From NCBI GenBank assembly GCA_964016885.1, contig OZ024743.1, positions 258,044,001 through 258,108,000 of the forward strand: a stretch of DNA of 64,000 bases, written 5' to 3'. Shown one piece after another: positions 13,956 to 25,565 of the stretch (positions within the stretch are counted from its first letter, which is position 1; every line of letters begins with the position of its first letter). A model generated the notes under the pieces. It searched no databases. It saw only the letters and a list, made by a program, of their open reading frames with translations, and was not told the origin of the DNA. The stretch comes from Eledone cirrhosa (lineage: Eukaryota). The translations under genes were made by a program, and so were the position numbers.

Positions 13956-14921
13956 TCATCAAGAAAATATTTCCATTTGACAAAAATTCTTGGCAAGGTA
14001 TCAACCAGGAATCTTTACAGATCCAAACGAAGCTTTACAGGGGAGATTAAATGAGATACCACTCACTTTTAATCTGATTACGATTGGATTTTTAATTAAA
14101 AGAATTAATATAATTTAAATGGAAACTAGTTTCGAAGGGAGAGAGAAAGGGAAAGGGAGAGAGATGAAAAAAGTTCTGTAAATATCTGTGGTGTGTGAGA
14201 GAAATATTTTATTAACGAGAAGTTAGTGTAAGATAATGAAGTAGTTACTAATGGCAGCATGACACAGTAGTTTTTTAATATTTGTTTCTTTTCTGGCAGC
14301 AACTTTGACCAAAATTATTTACTATGAATAAAAACTGCTGTCTATTAATATATCATATGTATATGTAGAGTCGATTAATAGGTAAGATAATTGATGTCTA
14401 TTGTAATGAAATAACAGCCATTGTAAACAGACATATGTTACATAGGTGTTAAGTGGAAAGAAGAAATATATTGGAGATGAAAAACTACAAACAAAAATAA
14501 TAGCACAACTGTCTTGATGCTTTACCTCTGATGAGAGAACCTGATGACCTGAAAGCTAAATATATTTTCCTCAGTCACTATTCATTAATATTTCTCATGT
14601 TTTGATGATGAAGAGGTAGAGTAACAATTTTTCAGATCAACCCACTTAAAACCATGTCTGATTCTATGAACCAAGGCCACCCACTTTAAAGGGTCCCTAT
14701 TTAAATAAATGTCTTTCAATATAATTGTATATAACAACCTTTTGTTAAATTATATTAGTGCAGTGATATTATATTTCTAAAACTGTAAGGTGCGATTTGA
14801 AGGGATATTTGGCTTCTATGTCAAGTTGGCAAAGCACCTGTTTAGAGGTTTCCTCAGAGACTTAAGTAGTTCTGAGACCTATGAACCTCCACACTTGTCG
14901 ATAATTGTAATAATAATATTA

Positions 14922-15495
14922 ATTTCTACTTTGGGTACAAGGCCAGCAATTATTCCAGTGCATTACTGATGCTTTATTTTATCAACCCTGTAAGGATGAA
15001 CGGTAACGTTAACCTCAGTGGGATTTGAACTCAGACCGTAAAGGGCCGGAACTCTATGCTGCGAAGCATGGTGTCTGACCCTCTACCAATACTGCTAATC
15101 CACCGCCCTTAATAATAATAATAATAATAATAATAGTAATAATTGTTTCTACTTTTGGCACAAGGCCAGCAATTACCCAGTGCATTACTGGTACTTTACT
15201 TTATCGACCCCGTAAGGATGAAAGACAAAGTTAATCTCGGTGGGATTTGAACTCAGAAATAATAATAGTAATAATAATATACTGTTGATAACAATTACCT
15301 TTTCTAATTTAGGCACAAGGCCAGCAATTTGAGAAAAGTGGAAAGTTGATGAAATTGATTCCAGTTCTTACTGGTACTTTGGAAGGAGGAAAGGAGGCAA
15401 AGTTTACCTCAACAAGATTTGAACACAGAATGTAAAGGGCCAGAACAAGTACTGTTAAGCATGTGTTCAATGCTCTGACTCCCAAACCTCCAGCT
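14922..15495 (-). mobile_element. Cluster of three SINE family C copies separated by (TAA)n
   Basis: Repeated tttcta..ggcacaaggccagcaatt..ggatttgaactcaga blocks. Confidence 0.75.
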
Positions 15496-15502
15496 TTGTT
15501 GC

Positions 15503-15681
15503 TAATGATGATCATGATCATCATGATCATCATCATGACCATCGTCATCATCATCATCATGACCGTCGTCATCATCATCATCATGACCATCGTCATCATC
15601 ATCATCATCATGACCATCATCATCATCATCATCATGACCATCGTCATCATCATCATCATGACCATCGTCATCATCATCATC
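15503..15681. repeat. (CAT)n-derived 21-24 bp minisatellite
   Basis: Repeated catcatcatgaccatcgtcat. Confidence 0.9.
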
Positions 15682-16469
15682 AAAGTAACATGAATGTGTG
15701 CAAGGAAATTTGATCATGTATGAACTTATTTCATAAGGTTTTAACCTTTTCAGTTCCATATATCTAATGAAAGACTCTTTCTATGGTTTTGTTGATGTAG
15801 TAGCAGCAGCAGCAAATTGACATGGCTGTTAGAAAATCTGATAGAATGCTTTGTGGTATTTGTTCTAGCTTTGTGTGTTTTGAGTTGAAATTACATTGAG
15901 GTCAACCCGTTTGAGATTGATAAAATAAAAAGTACCAGTCCAGTTCTGGATTTATATTTCTTTCCCACTTTTTCTCTCTGAGTCTCTCTTCTGTGTTCAA
16001 ATCTGAAGTGGGAGTGAGCTCTGCCTTATTTAAAATGTCCAAGAATCACCATATGTCACTATAGCACCCTTACACTTACAACGTCACCAGGATTTATGGG
16101 TCCATAGACACATCATCATCATCATCATCACACATACATTCTTCATGCTGGCATGAGTTGTACAAGTTGTCAGGTTCTGAAACTAAGCAAGCCTAATAAC
16201 CACATCTTTTTTTGAAATCTGAAAACCTTCAACATCTGAAATTCTTCTGATTGAATTGAGAAAATTATTTTTTATAAATCTTAAATCTTACTTTCATACT
16301 TCTTTATGGAGAATAATGTACCATTTTCACATTGTGGCTTTCATGTGGATTTGCTGTTCTATAATGTATTTTGATATACTGTATTTTATACATATGAGCC
16401 CAGTTATGATGGTTGAGCATTATTAACAGATTCACCTAGCTATATATGAACAATATTTCCATCACTTCT

Positions 16470-16948
16470 TTAACCCTTTTGATACCAACCTACCTGAAAC
16501 CACTTCTGTCCTATAACATAAAACTGCTCATTTTAAACTGTTTGTATTTATATTGATTTCTAATTTAGACACAAGGTCAACAAATTTGGTGGAAGGGCAA
16601 AGTAGATTAAATCAACTCTAGTACATTAATTTATCAACCCCTGAAGGATCAAAAGTGAAGTTGATCTTGGTGGTGTTTGATCTCAGAATGTAAAGAGCCA
16701 GAACAAATAACTAATGGCATTTTATCCCATGCTCTACCAATCCAGCCAATCTATTTCCTTCATGTTCATATAGATTGAAACTTCCATCATAATTCTATTA
16801 AAGTTTTAAGTAATGCTCAAAACACAAGCTTGATAATGAAAAAATTATTTATTTGATTAAATTCCTCAAAATTTTTGATTATTTTAAAAATCAATTGAAA
16901 CATATTTGCAATATATTTTACTAAAAATATGGTAATAAAAAGGTTTAA
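16470..16948. mobile_element. TTAA MITE family 2 with nested SINE C (about 16555-16760)
   Basis: TTAACCCTTTT...AAAAGGTTTAA termini; uninterrupted homologue at 34385-34629. Confidence 0.6.
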
Positions 16949-17031
16949 ATTATAACTGCTGACTTTGTTTTGTTTTCAAAATTTTCTCACTGATGTAACG
17001 TAATATAATTGTTGGTGTTATTTATTTGCAG

Positions 17032-17348
17032 AACTGAGAAGAAAGCATTACTCACCAAGATGGCTGTTTTGTTACTAATTTATTAGTGTCTGTCTCCCAG
17101 ACACTTCTGTTTAAAAAAGAAGTGGAAGAGGGAGGGTAAATCACTTTCTATTTATTATTAGTTCAGGGTGATTTCTATCTGATTGATTGACCACTCTTTT
17201 TCAATGTTTTCTAATCAATCAAATAATTGAAAATATGTTTCGTTAAAAATATTTCACTAATTTATAATCTAATTTCAATCTTAGAAATTAAAAGAAAAGT
17301 TATTTCAGTTTTTATTTATTTATTGAAATATTGAAAGGGGGACAAAAG
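17032..17348 (+). other. Possible non-coding (UTR) exon of a host gene
   Basis: Unique sequence bounded by tttatttgcAG and AAG|GTAAGT; no long ORF. Confidence 0.2.
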
Positions 17349-18321
17349 GTAAGTGACTTTTTATTTATTTCATTATTTATCATATCAAAAGGTTTTTAAA
17401 AAGACAGGTTTGTTGTTAGTGCACATCAAATGAAAGTGTAAAAGGTGAAATTTAAAGTAACATACATGTAGCTGGATATTTGTGATTGATAAGGCTGAAA
17501 GGTAGAATAATAGGTGGATTTGTTTTGACGAGATGTTTGGTAGTAAATACTTTGGTTATGAATGCTTTATGATTAATTTAACAAATAAGACTGTCAACAA
17601 ATGTTTTCTGTCCAAAATTAATTAACTAAAAAATGAGGTAACAAAAGGTTGCTTGGGCTTGCTCGTGAAAATTGTGTGTTTATGTGTGTCTATCTTAAAT
17701 TTTATGTTAAAATATTTCTTTTTGTTCACACTCTTTTATGAACAATGTGTATCAAGGATGACAAACTGAAAGTAAATGAAACGCTAAATTGAAAGTAATC
17801 TGTTTAAATATTCTTATAATTTATAACATTATTGTACAATTGTTACATTGTGTTTAGTATATAGATTTATTTTAATTTACAATTAGTGTTTTAACAATAT
17901 TTAAGGGATGTTGATTGAGGATTGGGAACAAATTGCCTCAGAATTTTTTGTTGACATAGCATCTGATGAGCAAATGAAATCCAGAGTTTAGCAGCATGTT
18001 ACTGAACTATTACATAACCATTCGAGACTCAGAGAGAATAAAGGATAGTTTGAAGGAACAGTGGCTATAAAAGAAGGGTATGAAGGAAGTGTGACTATAA
18101 AGATTATTTTGTATAATCAAAATTGTTACTATTCTGCAGAATACAACATATTGTATGTGTGTAGGTGAATTAAACCATCATATAACTACAGTTATTTCAA
18201 TGCATACATTTAGATTTTAGTTTTCTAAGCTAAAAAGTAAAAACTCAATTGTATTCAGTGAAATAGCTGAAGAGAATATACAAGTTATATATATCATAAC
18301 TCAGTTCACATATCACAAGTC

Positions 18322-18829
18322 TGTAGCGACTAGCGCCACCTTGCCCGGGGAGAAAAAACTAATTGGAGTTACTTCCCCATGGCCAGTATATAAGGGAGTG
18401 TGCTGATGTCACTCGATCTCTCTTGCTCACTTACTCTTTTGGCGGCACCTCTCAAACTGGTCACATCGAGCGCAAACATGCTAACCTTTTTTCAACCATA
18501 TCTTATAATTCAGGATTATACCTTGTCATGCCACGAGGCACATTTGCTTACCACATTTGTAACATATGGACTACAATAAACGCAAGTTATTTTGATACTC
18601 GTCTTGAGAAATTTATTATGCTTCAGTTATTACTTCAAATGTAGTGAGAGATAATTCTCACGCGAAATGAAATTGTATGAAAATTCTCCTATCTCTTATT
18701 TCTATTAAATTTAGTAGTTGGGATCCGGTGGTCCTTACTGGAGTAAGTAACCCTGGGACCAACTCACTAAAAGTCTTATCACAGATTAAGTGCCCTGCTA
18801 TCTTTTGGATATTTAAAAAAATAACTACA

Positions 18830-18833
<4 letters not shown>
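18322..18833 (+). mobile_element. LTR-like or pseudo-LTR-like insert
   Basis: TGTAG...CTACA ends, TATAAG, AATAAA, locally CpG-rich; no matching TSD; decayed HHR-like segment near 18633-18680; ends in (TA)n. Confidence 0.4.
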
Positions 18834-18889
<56 letters not shown>

Positions 18890-18916
18890 TAGATAGATAG
18901 ATAGATAATTACAGTG

Positions 18917-18968
<52 letters not shown>

Positions 18969-19039
18969 TTTTCTTTTTTTTTTTTTTTTAGATAGATAGA
19001 TAGATAATAGATAGGCAGATATCACTGTAGTTATTTTTT

Positions 19040-19379
19040 TTTATATAAAAAAAAACCTATCTACTTAGAAGAATGGGTTATTACAATAGCAATGTGACTA
19101 CAAAAGTATGAAAAATAAATAAGTATATATATATATATATATATATCATCATCATCATTTGACGTCTATTTTCCATGATAGCATGGGTAGGGCATGCTGT
19201 CCAGTAGTGAGACGAGGTCGCACTACTGGACAGCTGTCCTACCCATGCTATCATGGAAAATAGACGTCAAATGATGATGATGATATATATATATACTTAT
19301 TTATTTTTCATACTTTTGTAGTCACATTGCTATTGTAATAACCCATTCTTCTAAGTAGATAGGTTTTTTTTTATATAAA
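19040..19379. repeat. Near-perfect palindrome (fold-back) of about 340 bp containing RTE tails
   Basis: Arms are reverse complements apart from (TA)n length and a few central bases; centre at about 19215. Confidence 0.95.
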
Positions 19380-20013
19380 CTACTCTACATACTAGAAATA
19401 AAGCATCAGTCCCACCTTTAGTTGCATGAAATCGCAATAATCTATTCCAGTGGGGTGGCTGATGAGGAAGATAGATATTTCGGGTTATTTTTCATTCATT
19501 CTTTATGTTTGCTTTCCTTTTCCCAATTGTACATTTTGCTTATGTATTTCACACATAATGCCATACACCACGTTTCAATGTGTGAATGTGTGTGTGTAAA
19601 AATATACCAGTAACTCAAGAGTGTGTTAAGCATTAAATGTGTGGCCCTTTAGTCACTGGCATAGTTTCACTGCTCCAATAAATTATACATTACTTTTACC
19701 CATGTACTTAGTTTTACTTCTCTCATGTCCATGTCTATATATATATGTGAGTATTATAGTTTGTTTGAAGCATTGTGGGATATGATAATTTGTTATATTT
19801 TGGAAGCTGTGACAGTGAAGGTGACATTGTAAATATTAAGGGAACAAAATTGGGTGAAGGAACAGAGAGGTGAAGTTCAGTGAAGAAGGGGTAGAAAAGA
19901 AAATGCGAAATTATGTTACCTTGGAAATATTTATTAGTCTCTATATTTCAGATACCATTCATTGTCAAGGGGTTTGAAAAGAACTTTGGAGGATGGCAGC
20001 GGGGACCTTTCCT

Positions 20014-20016
<3 letters not shown>

Positions 20017-20057
<41 letters not shown>

Positions 20058-20194
20058 GTCTCTGTGTCTATGTATATCATCATATATTTATATATGTATA
20101 TGCATGTATGTGTGTACGTATAAGTATATAAAATTTATGTAAATGTGTGTGTATATGTATATATATTTATATATATGCATATATGTATATGATG

Positions 20195-20231
<37 letters not shown>

Positions 20232-20272
20232 TATATGTATATGATATATATATATATATATATATATATGCA

Positions 20273-20359
<87 letters not shown>

Positions 20360-20448
20360 TTATGTATTTATATATTTATGTATTTATATCTATATTTATG
20401 TATTTATGTATTTATGTATTTACATATTTATGTATTTATGTATTTATG

Positions 20449-20500
<52 letters not shown>

Positions 20501-20556
20501 TATGAGTGTATATCTATATACATTTATATATATATATACACATGTATAAATGTGTG

Positions 20557-20588
<32 letters not shown>

Positions 20589-20641
20589 AGCATATGAGTG
20601 TATATCTATATACATTTATATATATATATACACATGTATAA

Positions 20642-20706
<65 letters not shown>

Positions 20707-20755
20707 TGTATATGTATATATACTTATATATATATACATACACACACTATATATG

Positions 20756-20786
<31 letters not shown>

Positions 20787-20960
20787 GACTAGATATTTAA
20801 TAGAAAATATATAACTATATTGAATAGTCATCGAATCTATGCACACATGCACACACTGCACACATATACACACAGTCATTCATACATATATTTATGTGCC
20901 TACATACACATATTTACACACACACACACACAATGTGTGTGTATTTGTGTGAGATATATA
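20017..20960. repeat. Compound (CA)n/(TA)n/(TATTTATG)n microsatellite block
   Basis: Direct reading; source of the spurious YI-repeat ORFs. Confidence 0.95.
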
Positions 20961-21099
20961 TACACAAGCTCACACACAGATAAGGTGAGAGAAAAAGAGG
21001 GCAAGTACCTATGGATATATCATGAATTAATAGTGAAAATAGAAATACATGGTATATGGCATAGATGGGGGAAGTGAGATATATTTTGTATCATATGAT

Positions 21100-22330
21100 A
21101 GTGTGTGTGAGGGAAGGGGTGTATAGTGGGAGGTAAGTATAGTGAAAGAGTGGGAGAGATGAGGAGAGAATTAGAGGTAGGTGTAGTGAGAGGTGGAGAA
21201 AGTGTTTGAGGGAGAGAGAGAGGGGGGGGGGGAGAGAGAGGGGAAGGATGTAGTAGTGAAAAGTATGATGTAAGGGCTGGAGTGAAGGAGATAGGAGGTG
21301 AATAAAGTTGGAGGGTTAGAGTGAGAGTGGGAGAGAATATTGGAGGAGTAGTGTGAGATGGTTCTGGGTGAAAAAGAGACAGATGGAGTGGGCAAAAGGA
21401 AAGTCTAGTGAAGGAGACAAATGGAGAGATGGGAGGGGTGATGAGAAATTAGTTTAAGTGAAAGGAAGAGTGTAAAAGGAAAGGAAATGGAAGAGAGATA
21501 AAATGTGGTGGAGAGATGAGTGAGGAAGAAAGAGAGGGTGTTTAATATGGAGGGGTGTAGTGGGAGGATGGTGAGATATTGAAAGAAAGAGGGAGAGAAT
21601 AGCAAGAGTAGTGTAAAAGGGGAGATAAGCAGGTGAGCCATGTCTATAAATGATGGTGGTGAGAGATTTTAGAGGTAGAAAGGGTGTGGTAGAGAGGGGT
21701 TTAGAGGTAGTTGTGTGATAGAGAGGAGAGTATGTGTGGTAAAGAATATTTAGAGAGAGGGAGGAGTGAGAGAGTAAGTTGGAGGTTGTAGTTTTAAGGT
21801 AAAAAAGAAAGCTTGAAGAATTATGATAGTGGGAGGATACATGAAGTAACATGAGGGTGGGAGGATGAGGAGGAGAAGACAAGATGAATATGGTAAAGAA
21901 GACAGAAGATAGAAGGTGGTGGAATGGAAGAAGGCAGAAGGAGGAGGAAAATAAGGCAAAGATGATGGAAAAGTAAGTGGGGGAGGGGAAGACAGAAGAG
22001 AAAAAAGGAAGGAGAGCCAGGTGGGATGTTGAAGAAGAAGAAATCGAAGTGATTGATTCAGAGTGGTGAAATTTCAACATAAGTGAAAGTGGGGGTGAAG
22101 TAAGAGTGTAAATATAGTAAATAATTACATTATTAGAGGAGGAGTGAGAGCAAGGATGGAGAGGATGAGAGAGAAAAAGTGAGAGGAGGAGTGAGAGCAA
22201 GGATAGAGGGGGTGAGAGAGAAAAAGTGAGAGGAGGAGTGAGAGCAAGGATGGAGAGGGTGAGAGGAGGAGTGAGAGCAAGGAAGGAGGGATGAGAGAGA
22301 GAAATTAGAAGGAGGGTAAATTAGAAGAAG
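21100..22330. repeat. Purine-rich low-complexity tract with repeats of about 42 bp at 22136-22290
   Basis: Strong G/A skew; repeated gaggaggagtgagagcaagga. Confidence 0.85.
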
Positions 22331-22958
22331 TAAGTTATAGTAAATATAATTTTTAATCTGGGAAAACGGGATTTGATGGCCATGGAAGGAGAGGGAAAGT
22401 AAGGAAAATATATAAGATTTTGATATGTTTATATATATATAAATATTAAAACAATGAAATTAAACAAAAAATGGTTAATTCATAGTAAAACTCATTATTT
22501 TATTATCGTTTCTGGGGGATAGTTCACTACCCGCCGTCTTCATATATATATATATATATGCATGTATGTATGTATATATATATGTGTGTGTCTGTATATA
22601 TGTGTGTGTGTATGTATGTGTGTGTGTGTATGTATATATATTGATATATGTTATGTGTGTGTGTGTGTATCGTCATCATGGTTTTACATCCATTTTCCAT
22701 GCTGGCATGGGTTGGAAGGGTTGTCAAATTCTGAGGCTTTACAAGTCATTTTAACATCAACACTACCACTTTACAGAGTGTATTTCATGTAACGCTGTTG
22801 TGTCTGTATTGTGTTGTTTTATATTTTTTTTTTAGTTTTCAACCACACTTTGAAGGATAGCCATTGAATCAACCTCAGTACTTAACAGGTATCAAATAAA
22901 TATTCTTAAAAAGACATCAGTTGCATTTTCGATTTCTTTCCCTTATATATATATGTAT

Positions 22959-23329
22959 ATCATCATCATCAATTTACGTCCACTTTCCCTGCTTGCAAGG
23001 GTGGGATGGGATCTGATTCTGGCTTGATTTCTACAGCTGGATGCCCTTACTAACACCAACCTCATTTACAATGAGTGTTGGGTGCTTTTTTTCCGTGGCG
23101 CTTTACAGTGTGGGCTGGGTGCTTTTTTGCCATGGCACCTCCACTACCACTTTGCAGTGGAATGATAGGGACCCCAGTCCTATCATCTCATTTCTACAGC
23201 TGAGTAAACTGGAGCAATGTGAAATAAAGTATTTTGCTCAAGGAAACAACACATCGCCCGGTCTGAGAATTGAACTCACAACCTTTCGATTGCAAGGCCA
23301 ATGCTCTAACCAGTAAGCCATGTGCCTCC
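22959..23329 (-). mobile_element. SINE family A, full length
   Basis: Reverse complement of 43520-43862 with an extra partial tail repeat. Confidence 0.9.
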
Positions 23330-23541
23330 ATATAAATATATATATATCATCATCATCATCATTGTTTAACGTCCATCTTCCATGCTAGCATAGTTTATAT
23401 GTGTGTGTGTGTCTGTATGCGTATATATGTGCATGTTTATATGTATGTGCGTGTGTATATATGTGTGTGTATGTGTTTATATATGTGTGTGTTTATATAT
23501 AATGGTAGAACCTGGTAGAACCTGGGACACACACTCACACA

Positions 23542-23579
<38 letters not shown>

Positions 23580-25207
23580 TGTGTGAGTGTGTGTCCCAGG
23601 TTCTACCATTGTGAAGGGATATTTTACCCAAAATATACGGACTAATTAGATGATTTTAGGGCACATTTCAATACCTTTTTTTATTATTTTTATTTTTCAT
23701 GTCTTATCTGCATTGTTGAGCCTTCTATAACAAACTATTTTACACACAAAAATACATGCCTTCATACACAGACATACACACACATGCTAACATGTTGAGA
23801 GAGAAAGTGTGTGTTTCAATGCTAATTAATAAGAGTTGAAAAACATCAATAACTGCGATGATCAATACAATTTCAAAACAAAAACTTCATTTAAGAAGTT
23901 GCAAACTTTTAACAACAAACAAGGGATATAACTCCTACAATGTCAGTTGATGCAAATCTTTTATCAAAATTGAGACAATGCAGCTGGGAGTGGATCCTTT
24001 CTAAATATTGACTGGTTAAAGCAATGGATTTGTTTCGATCTTGTGAAATATCAGTGAAACATATTTACTTAGCAGTTGACTTGACAAGAATGATCAATTA
24101 TATAGAGAAAGGGAGGTGGACTATGTTAATTGTATATACTGAGAGAGAGAAAAAGTGAATAAGAGAGAGAAGGAGTAGAAGAGTGAGAGTAAGTGGAAGA
24201 GAAAGCATGAGGATAAAGAGAGTGAGAGTAGAAAAGGGAGCAGAAGAGACAGAAAGAGAGTGAGCAAGTGTGTGCAAGTGAATGAGTGTGATTGTGGGCC
24301 AGTAAATAGAGATGCTGCTTTAGGGTCAATTTGAACGGGTTTCCCACATTTAGCAATAGTATAAAACAACTGGAGAATGTGTGGTGTGTGAAGGAATGAG
24401 CAACTAAAACAGAGAAATGGATGAATTGAGAGTGAGGGTGTGAGGTAGCATCTGTATTGCGGGTGGAGGGAGAGATTTTATGTCATTGGTAGATACATGG
24501 CTATACAGAGTGATATAGTAGTGGTGGGTGGTGCTATTGATAGGGGGAGGGGGTAATGTTGGCATTGGTGATGGTGTTGTTGTAGTTGGTGGTGGTGGTA
24601 GTGTGTGATGGTGGTGGTTTTGGGGTGTGATGATGGTGGTGGTGTTAGGGTGTGATGATGGTGTTGGGGGTGCTGGAAGTGTAATGGTGGTATTGGGGGT
24701 GTTAGTTGTGGTGGTTGTTACTGTTGTTGTTACTGTTCCTGTTGTTATTACTATTGCTGTTGTTAATATTACTGTTGCTGCTATTACTCTTGTTGTTGGA
24801 AACATATGTAGGTGTGTATGGGAGGGATGAGAATGGGGTAGGGTGGAGTATATGTTATATATGCATATTAGTGTATGATTGCCACTCTGTCGATATGCAC
24901 ATGCACTGGTATATTTTGGTGCATGCAGTGACATACTGTTGCTGCACACTAAATGTGAAGTATTTAAACTGGCACACATGCACACACACACATACATTAC
25001 ATCTGTATGAAAGGGAGGGAACTTTATGCATATATATATGTCTCATTCATAACAGACACGCACACACACACACACAGAACACGCATAAGAACATATTAAC
25101 TAACACATATGCAAGCAAATACACACACAGGAAAACACCATACAAGCAACACACATACACATAGTGCTTTGAATACATATATTTCCATGGTAAATGCACA
25201 TAGATAT

Positions 25208-25242
<35 letters not shown>

Positions 25243-25565
25243 GCACACGCACACGCACACACACACGCACACACACACACATATATATATATTAATTTAT
25301 AACCCTATAAAGTTAACTATCTCTAATACATAAGCAACTCAATGAAAGGATAAGATATATTAATAAATTATCCACTGAGAGAAGTATTAAAATATATTAA
25401 ACTTAAACCAAAATCTCATTTTGATGGGATATAAGCCAAATTGGCTAAAAACAGTTGGCTTTAACTTACATAATACTCTAACCTGGGTTTCTGCAACTCA
25501 AGATATAACATCAGGAATTCCAAGATATTGGAATGTGTACCCACATATATATATATATGTGGGTA

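Noticed and set aside
14525-14565. CTGATGA...GAAA resembling a hammerhead core
   Set aside because: No convincing stem I or stem II pairing
15503-15681. Regularly spaced repeats resembling CRISPR (also 13855, 46590)
   Set aside because: No unique spacers or cas genes; eukaryotic minisatellites
17960-18000. CTGATGAgcaaatGAAA
   Set aside because: No stem III or stem I; expected by chance
20088-21077. Many YI/HT/CV/LS-repeat ORFs here and elsewhere (7683, 38088-40120, 59656, 61713, 62166)
   Set aside because: Translations of microsatellites, not genes
21454-22200. 248-aa S/L/F/P-rich ORF
   Set aside because: Reverse translation of a purine-rich low-complexity tract
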